Assembly (NCBI GenBank): GCA_950097015.1
Contig: CATNEN010000038.1
Location: 5,952,001-6,016,000 of the forward strand
Length of the DNA: 64,000 nt
Source: Macrostomum hystrix
Taxonomy: Eukaryota; Animalia; Platyhelminthes
Direction of reading: 5' to 3'
The position numbers were made by a program, and so were the translations under genes. Each line of letters begins with the position of its first letter. Positions within the stretch are counted from its first letter, which is position 1. Positions 34,035 through 47,085 of this stretch are shown piece by piece. The notes under the pieces were generated by a model that did no database searches, was not told the DNA's origin, and was given only the letters and a program-made list of their open reading frames with translations.

Positions 34035-37000
34035 ATGGATGATGCTCCGGAAGACTCGCCAATCCCTTTGTCACCTGAGTTTGCGGGATTTATTGATGTA
34101 TCCAAATATGGTGATGTTGTTGAATCAATTGCATGGGAGCTTAATGATCAAGTAAGTAGACTTTTTGGAACTATGTATTTTTTATGTAAGCAGTAAAAAA
34201 ATTGATTATGTAGCTTGTAATGCTATAAAAAGTTTATTCTCTAGGCAATGAATGTTAGGCCTAACAACCTCTCTCTACTCTTAGCTAGCTATATTAGTTT
34301 GTTGCTAATTTGTTACCAATTTGCTTTAATATTTTTATTCAGTATAGAAACAGTTAATAGCCTATGCCATAAGTATAGTTTTATTAACATAATCATATTT
34401 TTATAAAGACTAGGCCTATTCCTCTAGGGCTTTCAGAGGCATCAGATGTAGTATAGCAAGTTTCAGCAAACAGAAGACCTTAATCATAATTGATGTCACT
34501 TAAATGTGTTTAGGCCTATCTTAAGCCTACTTGAAATTTGTTTTTAATGTTTTTTAATGTTATAATATTTTAACAAATAGAAATAAACTAATTTTGTTAT
34601 AAATATAAGCCTTTAAACAACACTATACAATTTTAGCTTTTCAGTTTTAAAATATTTTTGGCATTACTTTTAATATTATTAGATAATCTTGATAATGTTT
34701 ATATGTTTTAGCTAGGCACTAAGCACTAAAGTAATTTTTATTAACTACTTTTTTAATTAAAGTAATTTGAGTTAATATTAAGCATACTGGACTACTACAA
34801 CTAGGTCTATAATAATGTTTAGCTATCTGATGAAACCTTTCTTAGTAGAAATTTTCAATTGTAGCTCTTTTTATCAATCAGTTTTCTTCCGTTAGCTGGC
34901 ACTCATTGCAAGCTTGATGAGCAAATCAGGAGATCAAGTTTTTACAATAATTTCATATTGATTATGATTGTAATTTACTCAGTTTCATAGATTCTAGGTG
35001 ACAACTCATTTATTCATTTTTTTGTCCTAGTGGGTAGCACACAGCATAAGCAACAATAAACTAGGCCTACCTAGTTAGCTAATTAAAATAAACTACGAGT
35101 ATTTCTCTCTCCTTTAGCAAAAGCAAGAGCTTCTGCAGAGTCTTCAGGAAGCTCACCCAGAAGGCCTCGAGTTTGAGCAACTAAATGAAGAGATTGACAA
35201 TTTCAGTAACCGGATTGGTGAGCACTGTTCTTTAATCTTGCTAGTCAAGAAGTTGTCTATATACTTATCGCTGCTGACATTCTGTTTTTAACCTGTTGCC
35301 TGTGATTGCAGATGCTCAAATAGACTTAGACCCGGCACCTGAATTAGATGAGGCTCCAGTGAGTATATATATTAATATTTACTTTAATTGTGGTATCAAA
35401 TGCCCAGAGTATATTTTTGCCTAATTCCAGCGCACCAGTCTCTAATCTCTAATCTATTTGCAAAAATTTCTCTGCAGCCAAAGTCGCCGAATTCTGAATT
35501 GGACCGTCAGCTGTCGCCAAACGATCTAGAAGTAGTTGATGCTGAAGACGATCCCGAGCCATTCGATGACGGCTCCAAGAGTGACCATATCGGCCACCCT
35601 GCGATGTAAGCCTTGTGCCATTTACAAACAATCATTTGTAGTTTTTATATACATTATGAAAAAAAAAATTTTTTGCCACAGTCAGCGCATCGGTGAGGAG
35701 CATTTTGAGGACTGGGGCGGCTCCCAGATGCTCATCGATCTGTCGACGCCACCACCGGAGCCGGCAACATCGGCTGCTGCCAGTGCGAATGGGAAACCCC
35801 CGCTGCCGCCGGATGTCAGTGGAAAGTGAGGCTGACTTACTTCTTGACTTGGCTGCAGGGTGGTCCATGGACACAGCGGGGAAGCGAGGGTCGCCCAGAC
35901 CGCTTATCCCTGTAGGCCCGCAGACAGGCGATGGCGCGGGGGCCGGTCAGGGTGGTCCGTCTGTCCGTCCTGCAGCGTTGTCTTGCGTAGGGAAGAACGT
36001 GGCTCGTCTTGTCGCTCGGAGGAACTGGACAAGTCGTGGAATGCTGTCGGGGAATCTCGTCCATAGATGGTTTAGGCCCGTGGTAGTGTAGCCGTTCTCT
36101 GTTGCAAGAAAGGGCAGTGACACACTAAGTGCTCAGCATCTTCATTGTCGTTCTCGCAAAATGGGCAGAGTTCGCTCTCAAGGTCGCCCTGGAGGAAGCA
36201 GTGCCTGATGAGGTAGCCGTGGCCCGTGAGGGTCATGGCGAGGGCGCGGATATCCTTCAGGTTTTGGTTCAGAAGGATTTTTCTGAACCTGCGAGACGTG
36301 CGGCGGACTTCGGCACGGAGATTGCCGACAGTTCTGTGTGCCATCTGTCCCTGTGGAGGGACTCAGCCCTGTCATCAATCTGGTAGTTTATGACCGTGAT
36401 GGGGATCGGGACCAGGGGTGCAGGGCCCGGGTAGGAGCCAGAGCCGCCCTGCTTTTAGCGTGGATGAGGCTGACAAAAGCCTTCGGGATTTTCAGTTTTG
36501 AAAACTAATGACGTTCAATTAGATCTGACTAAACACTTTTGTATTACAGTTTGCATCGAGGTAGCGAAATTCGAGTTACCTGGCCTAGGCATCGATCACG
36601 GTGAAAGATTTATTACCAGTTTATTTACATTTTTCGTCGTATAAGTAGCATTGTAAGTGCCCCATGATTACTCCTTCTGTTTCGTCTTGCAGACCGGCCA
36701 GTCTGGGCGTCTCAGGAGGCGGCGAGGCCTCACCGGGACAATGTCAGAGTCCGTCATCTCGATCGCCCAGGTCCTCTGCCAGATGGTTAGATACGACAAG
36801 TTTGACTTGTATGCAATACGTGCCCAGTCTTTGAAATGCAAGGTTTTGTTTGTGTTATCCTATTGTACTTCGCAGTTCTCCCAGTCGGAGGCTGCAGCGG
36901 CGCCTGTCGGCAGTGCAGTTGGCTCAGCAGCTGTTCAGCAGCTCCAGTGGCCGGTCGAGTCCTCGCAATGTCAGCCTGAGTGTCAGCGGCGGTGTCGGCG

Positions 37001-40000
37001 GAATGAGCGACGCCGACCTGGCTGCCATCGAGATGGCGGCTCAGTTTAATGATCACATGACCGACCAGTTGCGGGTCCTCACCGATCAGGTAACAGTATT
37101 TGATCCCACGGCTGCCACCAACTAGAACTTCGATACATATCGGCTGTCTGCGCATGTGTAAACTTAAGAATATCGCGCCCTAATCCACAGGTGTCCAAGC
37201 TGACGAGCACCCAGACTCAGTCGGATTCTCGTCAGTCCCGCCTGCTGGAAGATAATCAGCAGCTGAGGGAACGCCTGCTGCGTCTAGAGGACGAATACCG
37301 GGACGCGGAGGCCAGATTCGCCCGCGATAGGGAGGCCGACAAGGCGCGGGCCAAGGAGAAGTACGCCCGTCTAGCCAGGGAGAAAGACGAAGAGATTGAG
37401 TCGCTGTTGGAAAGGTGAGATATTTGTCTGTCTGTCTGTAGTCGCAATCGCAATCAATCGCCCGTAAGTTGATTTGTCTCAGTTGCCGGATGCTGCTCAA
37501 AATCCTTCATCTGACAATATTTTCGTACGCGGCAGCCACGCCCTAGCGAACAGGTTTCTTTCTGTTTACCGCATTTCTATTTATTAAAGTCATCCAAAAT
37601 TTTGTTGTATATCCTACTGTCAGTAGTGCATTCAGGAAATCGAATGTTTATTTCAGGTTTGTATTCTAGTCAAAGAGCATCACTTTACTAGTAAATTTTG
37701 TTTACTTGATATTTATCAATCAAATACTGTCTTAGATTTCTGCTCAACTATACAATAATTATAAGAGCAATGTCTGCTGTAGCAATGATCAAAGTAGAGA
37801 ACTGATCTAATTCGCTAACCGAACGACTCAAGCCTGGCTAAGCATGGCTCGCACTATACTACCGAGCTAATTTAATACTTCAAAAGAATATTTGGACCGT
37901 TAGACTTCAAAAGCGAGTCTAAAATCACTGACGCTGCTTGCTTTTTTAAACTAGCAGGGAGCTTGATCGGTGCAAATTTCTTTTAGTGACATCATTCTGT
38001 AGCTATGATAATCCTGATTCTATTTTGTTTTGTTTTGTTTTGACAGCCACGATGTCAGAGAGCACCTCTGACCAATCAGAAAGTAGATTTGAGGCTGCAA
38101 TGACCAATCAGAGTAGACTTATGCTGCAATGACCAATCAGAGTAGACTTATGCTGCAATGACCAATCAGAGTAGACTTATGCTGCAATGACCAATCAGAT
38201 TAGACTTATGCTGCAATGACCAATCAGAGTAGACTTATGCTGCAATGACCAATCAGAGTAGACTTATGCTGCAATGACCAATCAGATTAGACTTATGCTG
38301 CAATGACCAATCAGAGTAGACTTATGCTGCAATGACCAATCAGAGTAGACTTATGCTGCAATGACCAATCAGATTAGACTTATGCTGCAATGACCAATCA
38401 GAGTAGACTTATGCTGCAATGACCAATCAGAGTAGACTTATGCTGCAATGACCCCTCCTCATGCCCCGCATGCAGGCTACGCCGACAGGATTCGCAGACG
38501 GCTGAGCACCGCCAGGAGGCGCAGCGGCTGCGCACGGAGTCGGAGCGTCTGCGCCTCGAAGCCGCCCGCCTCGAGGAGAAGCTGGAGGCGGCCGAGCAGC
38601 GCCTGACCGCGGCCAAGGAGGAGTCCGAGCGGGCGCGCGAGGTGACTCGACGGGAGCTGGACGGAGCGAAGCGGGAGCGGGACCGCGCCCAGGCGGTGCT
38701 GGAGGAGCTGCAGGCCGAGACGGAAGCTCTGCGAGCTGGCACAGGCGGTGGCCCTGGAGGCAACGGTAAGCTCCGTGGACACTAAATAGGGATCACACTC
38801 GACTGAATGGTAATCAGAATCAACTGAATGGTGATCATAATCGACTGTTTGGTGATCAGATCGACTGAATGGTGATCAGAATCGACTGAATGGTGATCAG
38901 AATCGACTGAATGGTGATCAGAATCGACTGAATGGTGATCAGAATCGACTGTTTGGTGATCAGAATCGACTGAATGGTGATCAGAATCGACTGTTTGGTG
39001 ATCAGAATCGACTGTTTGGTGATCAGAATCGACTGAATGGTGATCAGAATCGACTGTTTGGTGATCAGAATCGACTGTTTGGTGATCGAATCGACTGAAC
39101 TGACTGAATGGGGATAACACTCGTCTGATTGGGATCACACTTGAATGAATGGGGATCACACTCGGCTAAATAGGGATTAGAACCGACTGGCAAGGGGATG
39201 AGAGGCACAATGAGGATCAGAAGCGCAGGGGCACAATCAACATCACCCGACCTTCCCGCCTGCTTCGATCAGTCCGGACTGTTGCCACGGAGGCCGCCGC
39301 CCGCTACGCGGAGGTTGAGCAGCTCGCCCGCCGACTCACCCAGGAGAACCGCTGCCTGCGAGAACAGCTGGAGGAGCTGCAGGCCGACCTGCTGGCTCGT
39401 GGCCTCGAGGAGGGTCGCGCGCTGGTCAACGGAGGCCACGGCTCGGATCCTGCTAGCTTGGCTGCCGAGATCGACCTGCTGAACAAGGAGGAGGTGAGTA
39501 GAGTGAGGAGGGGGTGAGTAGAGTGAGGAGTGGTGAGTAGAGTGAGGAGGGGTGAGTAGAGTGAGGAGGGGTGAGTAGAGTGAGGAGGGGTGAGTAGAGT
39601 GAGGAGGGGGTGAGTAGAGTGAGGAGTGGTGAGTAGAGTGAGGAGGGGTGAGTAGAGTGAGGAGGGGTGAGTAGAGTGAGGAGGGGTGAGTAGAGTGAGG
39701 AGGGGTGAGTAGAGTGAGGAGGGGTGAGTAGAGTGAGGAGGGGGTGAGTAGAGTGAGGAGGGGGTGAGTAGAGTGAGGAGGGGTGAGTAGAGTGATGATT
39801 GGGTGAGTAGAGTGATGATTGGGTGAGTAGAGTGATGATTGGTTGAGTAGAGTGATGATTGGGTGAGTAGAGTGATGATTGGGTGAGTAGAGTGATGATT
39901 GGGTGAGTAGAGTGATGATTGGGTGAGTAGAGTGATGATTGGGTGAGTAGAGTGATGATTGGGTGAGTAGAGTGATGATTGGGTGAGTAGAGTGATGATT

Positions 40001-43000
40001 GGGTGAGTAGAGTGATGATTGGGTGAGTAGAGTGATGATTTGGTGAGTAGAGTGATGATTGGGTGAGTAGAGTGATGATTGGGTGAGTAGAGTAAAGATG
40101 AGATAAGTAGTGCAAGGAGGGGTTATTTAAACTTTTGATCACTGAAAATTCGATGACAGTCTGACAGAATGGCATTGGCAGTTTGGTGACAGTCAGAGAG
40201 TTTAGATGATTTTGAAGTCTGTAAATATGTGCCTATTTTTGAAGCGATTGAAATATTTCCAATTTAATAAATCTTTCATTGTTAATTGATTGTTGAGCAA
40301 ATTGGCTCCAGCAGAAAAAGGCAATAGTTCCTATGCTAAATCGAGTGCATCTGTTCATTTTTGCCTCGGTGTCAAGGCTTCCTTGCTGCTTTATTAAAAA
40401 TTCTCTCTTTTGGAGGGCAAAATTCATCGAAAATTCTGCGAAGCTGTTAGATCGAGGCTTGGCATAAAATTTGAGCATCGTGAGGTATCCACTGCTACTT
40501 GCCATCGTTGTAAGGCGGGGGTGTCTGCTGAGGATTGCTCAACTGGGACTGCCGGCTACTCAATTGTTTGAGTAGCGCGACTGACTGGACAAGTAGGATT
40601 CGGTGTGAATAAAGTTTTCTGCCCTGAACTGTCATTTATGGCTTTAGGCTAGTTGAGATGCCACTCAGACAGTCAGAATGACAGTCTGAAAGAATGACAG
40701 AATGACAGTCTGATAGAATGACAGAATGACAGTCTGATAGAATGACAGTCTGACAGAATGACAGTCTGATAGAATGACAGAATGACAGTCTGATAGAATG
40801 ACAGAATGACAGTCTGATAGAATGACAGAATGACAGTCTGATAGAATGACAGAATGACAGTCTGATAGAATGACAGAATGACAGTCAGATAGAATGACAG
40901 AATGACAGTCTGATAGAATGACAGAATGACAGTCTGATAGAATGACAGAATGACAGTCTGATAGAATGACAGTCTGACAGAATAACAGAATGACAGAATG
41001 ACAGAATGACAGTCTGATAGAATGACAGAATGACAGTCTGATAGAATGACAGAATGACAGTCTGATAGAATGACAGAATGACAGTCTGATAGAATGACAG
41101 AATGACAGTCTGATAGAATGACAGTCTGATAGAATGACAGTCTGATAGAATGACAGTCTGATAGAATGACAGAATGACAGTCTGATAGAATGACAGAATG
41201 ACAGTCTGATAGAATGACAGAATGACAGTCTGATAGAATGACAGTCTGACAGAATAACAGATTGACAGAATGACAGTCTGATAGAATGACAGAATGACAG
41301 TCTGATAGAATGACAGTCTGACAGAATGACAGAATGACAGTCTGATAGAATGACAGTCTGACAGAATGACAGAATGACAGTCTGATAGAATGACAGAATG
41401 ACAGTCTGATAGAATGACAGAATGACAGTCTGATAGAATGACAGAATGACAGTCTGATAGAATGACAGAATGACAGTCTGATAGAATGACAGAATGACAG
41501 TCTGATAGAATGACAGAATGACAGTCTGATAGAATGACAGAATGACAGTCTGATAGAATGACAGAATGACAGTCTGATAGAATGACAGAATGACAGTCAG
41601 ATAGAATGACAGAATGACAGTCTGATAGAATGACAGAATGACAGTCTGATAGAATGACAGAATGACAGTCTGATAGAATGACAGTCTGACAGAATAACAG
41701 AATGACAGAATGACAGTCTGATAGAATGACAGTCTGATAGAATGACAGAATGACAGTCTGATAGAATGACAGTCTGACAGAATGACAGAATGACAGTCTG
41801 ATAGAATGACAGTCTGACAGAATGACAGAATGACAGTCTGATAGAATGACAGTCTGACAGAATGACAGAATGACAGAATGACAGTCTGATAGAATGACAG
41901 TCTGATAGAATGACAGGACAGAATGACAGTCTGATAGAATGACAGAATGACAGAATGACAGAATGACAGTCTGACAGAATGACAGGACAGAATAACAGAA
42001 TGACAGAATGACAGTCTGATAGAATGACAGTCTGATAGAATGACAGAATGACAGAATGACAGAATGACAGTCTGATAGAATGACAGTCTGATAGAATGAC
42101 AGAATGACAGAATGACAGAATGACAGTCTGATAGAATGACATAATGACAGTCTGATAGAATGACAGAATGACAGAATGACAGTCTGATAGAATGACAGAA
42201 TGACAGTCTGATAGAATGACAGAATGACAGTCTGATAGAATGACAGAATGACAGTCTGATAGAATGACAGAATGACAGAATGACAGTCTGATAGAATGAC
42301 AGTCTGATAGAATGACAGAATGACAGTCTGATAGAATGACAGTCTGACAGAATGACAGAATGACAGTCTGATAGAATGACAGTCTGACAGAATGACAGAA
42401 TGACAGAATGACAGTCTGATAGAATGACAGTCTGATAGAATGACAGGACAGAATGACAGTCTGATAGAATGACAGTCTGACAGAATGACAGAATGACAGT
42501 CTGATAGAATGACAGAATGACAGAATGACAGAATGACAGTCTGACAGAATGACAGGACAGAATGACAGAATGACAGGACTGAATGACAGTCTGATAGAAT
42601 GACAGGACAGAATGACAGTCTGATAGAATGACAGGACAGAATGACAGTCTGATAGAATGACAGTCTGACAGTCTGTTAGAATGACAGAATGACAGAATGA
42701 CAGAATGACAGTCTGACAGAATGACTGTTGGACATAATGACTGTGACATAATTGCTGTGTGACAAGATTTCAGTCTGACAGAATTAGTCACTGACACAGA
42801 CAATGTTATAATAATTTCCTGGCTGTACAATGGGCGGACAATTATTTATGCACAGATTTAATCAGATGTAAATAGTGGCTTAAAATGCTGAGTTTTTTCT
42901 CACTACAAACTGATCATGATGAAATCAACTTCATGCATAAATGATTATATAGCCAGACCTCACAGGTGATTGACAGCTCTCAAATTAATTGGATTTCATT

Positions 43001-46000
43001 CTAGTATTTCAAAATAAGAATTTTTTCAGTTTGCTCCTTAAACAAAACGAGTTTTTCTGATCAATTTCCAAGACCAGACGGTTGCAATCGGAACCATATT
43101 CTCTTGGAATTTTTTATCCTTTTTGGCTTCTAGTTTTCACTGTCCTTCGCGTGTCTGTTATTCTCTAATTAGTGCCACCTTCTTCATACAGAGCCGACCG
43201 ACAATTGATTATCTTATTTTCCTCTGGATTCAGCTCAAATCCTCTGATTGCAGTTCAAATCCTCTGATTGCAGCTCAAATCCTCTGATTGCAACTCAAAT
43301 CCTCTGATTGCAGCTCAAATCCTCTGATTGCAACTCAAATCCTCTGATTGCAGTTCAAATCCTCTGATTGCAGTTCAAATCCTCTGATTGCAGTTCAAAT
43401 CCTCTGATTGCAGCTCAAATCCTCTGATTGCAACTCAAATCCTCTGATTGCAGTTCAAATCCTCTGATTGCAACTCAAATCCTCTGATTGCAGTTCAAAT
43501 CCTCTGATTGCAGTTCAATTCCTCTGATTGCAACTCAAATCCTCTGATTGCAGTTCAAATCCTCTGATTGCAACTCAAATCCTCTGATTGCAGTTCAAAT
43601 CCTCTGATTGCAGTTCAATTCCTCTGATTGCAGTTCAAATCCTCTGATTGCAGTTCAAATCCTCTGATTGCAACTCAAATCCTCTGATTGCAGCTCAAAT
43701 CCTCTGATTGCAGCTCAAACCCTCTGATTGCAGTTCAAATCCTCTGATTGCAGCTCAAATCCTCTGATTGCAGTTCAAACCCTCTGATTGCAGCTCAAAC
43801 CCTCTGATTGCAGTTCAAATCCTCTGATTGCAGTTCAAATCCTCTGATTGCAGCTCAAATCCTCTGATTGCAGCTCAAATCCTCTGATTGCAGTTCAAAT
43901 CCTCTGATTGCAGTTCAAATCCTCTGATTGCAGCTCAAATCCTCTGATTGCAGTTCAAATCCTCTGATTGCAGCTCAAATCCTCTGATTGCAGCTCAATT
44001 CTTCTGATTGCAGTTCAAATCCTCTGATTGCAGCTCAAATCCTCTGATTGCAGTTCAAATCCTCTGATTGCAGTTCAAATCCTCTGATTGCAGCTCAAAT
44101 CCTCTGATTGCAGCTCAAATCCTCTGATTTCAGTTCAAATCCTCTTATTGCAGTTCAAATCCTCTGATTGCAGCTCAAATCCTCTGATTGCAGTTCAAAT
44201 CCTCTGATTGCAGCTCAAATCCTCTGATTGCAGCTCAAATCCTCTGATTGCAGTTCAAATCCTCTGATTGCAGCTCAAATCCTCTGATTGCAGTTCAAAT
44301 CCTCTGATTGCAGCTCAAATCCTCTGATTGCAGCTCAAATCTTCTGATTGCAGTTCAAATCCTCTGATTGCAGCTCAAATCCTCTGATTGCAGTTCAAAT
44401 CCTCTGATTGCAGTTCAAATCCTCTGATTGCAGCTCAAATCCTCTGATTGCAGCTCAAATCCTCTGATTGCAGCTCAAATCCTCTGATTGCAGTTCAAAC
44501 CCTCTGATTGCAGCTCAAATCCTCTGATTGCAGTTCAATTCCTCTGATTGCAGCTCAAATCCTCTGATTGCAGCTCAAATCCTCTGATTGCAGTTCAAAC
44601 CCTCTGATTGCAGCTCAAACCCTCTGATTGCAGTTCAAATCCTCTGATTGCAGCTCAAATCCTCTGATTGCAGTTCAAACCCTCTGATTGCAGCTCAAAC
44701 CCTCTGATTGCAACTCAAATCCTCTGATTGCAGCTCAAATCCTCTGATTGCAGCTCAAATCCTCTGATTGCAGCTCAAATCCTCTGATTGCAGTTCAAAC
44801 CCTCTGATTGCAGCTCAAACCCTCTGATTGCAGTTCAAATCCTCTGATTGCAGCTCAAATCCTCTGATTGCAGTTCAAACCCTCTGATTGCAACTCAAAT
44901 CCTCTGATTGCAGTTCAAATCCTCTGATTGCAGTTCAAATCCTCTGATTGCATTTCAAATCCTCTGATTGCAGCTCAAATCCTCTGATTGCAGCTCAAAT
45001 CTTCTGATTGCAACTCAAATCCTCTGATTGCAACTCAAATCCTCTGATTGCAGTTCAAATCCTCTGATTGCAACTCAAATCTTCTGATTGCAACTTAAAT
45101 CCTCTGATTGCAGCTCAAATCCCCTGATTGCAGCTCAAATCCTCTGATTGCAGTTCAAATCCTCTGATTGCAGCTCAAATCCTCTGATTGCAGCTCAAAT
45201 CCTCTGATTGCAGTTCAAATCCTCTTATTGCAGTTCAAATCCTCTGATTGCAGCTCAAATCCTCTGATTGCAGTTCAAATCCTCTGATTGCAGCTCAAAT
45301 CCTCTGATTGCAGCTCAAATCCTCTGATTGCAGTTCAAACCCTCTGATTGCAGCTCAAACCCTCTGATTGCAGTTCAAATCCTCTGATTGCAGCTCAAAT
45401 CCTCTGATTGCAGTTCAAACCCTCTGATTGCAGCTCAAACCCTCTGATTGCAACTCAAATCCTCTGATTGCAGCTCAAATCCTCTGATTGCAGTTCAAAT
45501 CCTCTGATTGCATTTCAAATCCTCTGATTGCAGCTCAAATCCTCTGATTGCAGTTCAAATCCTCTTATTGCAGTTCAAATCCTCTGATTGCAGCTCAAAT
45601 CCTCTGATTGCAGTTCAAATCCTCTGATTGCAGCTCAAATCCTCTGATTGCAGCTCAAATCCTCTGATTGCAGTTCAAACCCTCTGATTGCAGCTCAAAC
45701 CCTCTGATTGCAGTTCAAATCCTCTGATTGCAGCTCAAATCCTCTGATTGCAGTTCAAACCCTCTGATTGCAGCTCAAACCCTCTGATTGCAACTCAAAT
45801 CCTCTGATTGCAGCTCAAATCCTCTGATTGCAGTTCAAATCCTCTGATTGCATTTCAAATCCTCTGATTGCAGCTCAAATCCTCTGATTGCAGCTCAAAT
45901 CTTCTGATTGCAACTCAAATCCTCTGATTGCAACTCAAATCCTCTGATTGCAGTTCAAATCCTCTGATTGCAACTCAAATCTTCTGATTGCAACTCAAAT

Positions 46001-46471
46001 CCTCTGATTGCAGCTCAAACCCTCTGATTGCAGCTCAAATCCCCTGATTGCAGCTCAAATCCTCTGATTGCAGCTCAAATCCTCTGATTGCAGCCTAAAT
46101 CCTGTGATGTGTGTGTGTGTATGTGTGTGTAGTCAGGAGTCAGTGAAATGGGCAGAACTGCCTCCTCGCTGTCTCTGGGTCTAGTATCACCAAATGATAG
46201 TTATAATAATAATTATGATTATTTCATTATTATAGCTGCGATAGATAGAAGGGCGGATGGACTCCAGTCCATGGACTGAACAATAGCTGCAGCTGTGCTC
46301 AGTCTTATCTTGCCTCATTCAACAACTTCTATGCCCGACCTTCCGCAGCTGATGGACCTGCTGGTGCGGGAGAAAGACGCCACTCAGAAGCTGCGGTCCT
46401 ACATTGACCGCATCCTGTTGAAGATCATGGAGAAGCAGCCGGAACTATTGGAGATTGGAATGGCCTCGTGA
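34035..46471 (+). CDS. RAB11FIP4: Rab11 family-interacting protein, class II (FIP3/FIP4/Nuclear fallout-like); 12 coding exons, about 580 aa
   Basis: Phase-consistent GT-AG exons: 34035-34151, 34896-34937 (weak donor), 35118-35217, 35312-35358, 35478-35605, 35682-35825, 36693-36785, 36876-37089, 37191-37414, 38476-38765, 39273-39493, 46349-46471. Motifs EHFEDWG, RRLS, a long coiled coil, SLAAEI, and the C-terminal FIP-RBD LRSYIDRILLKIMEKQPELLEI. A probable 5' UTR exon ends at 33538; AATAAA at 47465. The N-terminal exons are less certain, and the symbol stands for the FIP3/4 co-ortholog. Confidence 0.88.
35837..36464 (-). mobile_element. 5'-truncated LINE (LOA/I-group-like 3' end) in Rab11-FIP intron 6
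   Basis: C-terminal domain LTGHG...CPFC...EDAEHLVCHCP. 10-bp TSD TGAGGCTGAC at 35827-35836 and 36465-36474. AAGT-like tail. Confidence 0.85.
38086..38452. repeat. Minisatellite, 29-bp unit TGACCAATCAGAGTAGACTTATGCTGCAA, about 12 copies
   Basis: Periodicity read directly. Ends about 25 bp before the exon 10 acceptor. Confidence 0.95.
38785..39190. repeat. Minisatellite, 21-bp unit ATCGACTG(AA/TT)TGGTGATCAGA
   Basis: Periodicity read directly. Fills most of intron 10, with degenerate edges. Confidence 0.93.
39488..40093. repeat. Minisatellite, 19-20-bp unit containing GGTGAGTAGAGT, about 30 copies
   Basis: Starts inside exon 11. Switches from the GAGGAGGG variant to the GATGATTG variant near 39792. 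Confidence 0.95.
40668..42730. repeat. Compound satellite of 8-bp modules GAATGACA and GTCTGA(T/C)A
   Basis: About 2 kb, mostly AAB 24-mers mixed with AB and AAAB blocks. Confidence 0.95.
43220..46100. repeat. Minisatellite, 20-bp unit CCTCTGATTGCAG(C/T)TCAAAT, about 144 copies
   Basis: Stays in exact 20-bp register for about 2.9 kb. Confidence 0.98.
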
Positions 46472-46612
46472 GCTGCATTGACTTGCAACACTACCGTGGC
46501 TTATTGTGAACTATAGTTCTGCTTTTCGAAGATTTCACTTTTATTTTCTGATTATGTTTAGGTAAAAAGTTTGCTATTCGAACAATAACTGATGCGGTCT
46601 GGTTTTTGAAAC

Positions 46613-47085
46613 AGTCTCAGCCCTGAGTGTGAGATTTTGAAGTTGACTCAGCCCTGAGTATGAGATTATGAAGTTGTCTCAGCCCTGAGTGTGAGATTTT
46701 GAAGTTGTCTCAGCCCTGAGTATGAGATTTTGAAGTTGTCTCAGTTGTGGGTGTGAGATTTTGAAGTTTTCTCAGCCGTGGGTGAGATTTTAAGGTTGTC
46801 TCAGCCCTGAGTGTGAGATTTTGAAGTTGTCTAAGCCCTGAGTATGAGATTTTGAAGTTGTCTCAGCCCTGAGTGTGAGATATTGAAGTTTTCTCAGCCC
46901 TGAGTATGAGATTTTGAAGTTGTCTCAGCACTGAGTATGAGATTTTGAAGTTGTCTAAGCCCTGAGTGTGAGACTTTAAAGTTGTCTCAGCCGTGGGTGT
47001 GAGATTTTGAAGTTTTCTCAGCCGTGGGTGAGATTTTAAGGTTGTCTCAGCCCTCAGTGTGAGATTTTGAAGCTGTCTCAGACAT
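46613..47085. repeat. Minisatellite, about 31-bp unit GTCTCAGCCCTGAGTRTGAGATTTTGAAGTT, in the probable 3' UTR
   Basis: About 15 copies between the stop codon (46471) and the first AATAAA (47465). Confidence 0.92.

Noticed and set aside
40509-40667. Possible solo LTR (starts TGTAAGGC, contains AATAAA)
   Set aside because: No TSD or clear end, and no similarity to the 19149 LTR beyond 8 nt.
40665-42830. 721-aa Cys/His/Ser-rich ORF
   Set aside because: It is the stop-free strand of an octamer satellite, antisense within an intron.
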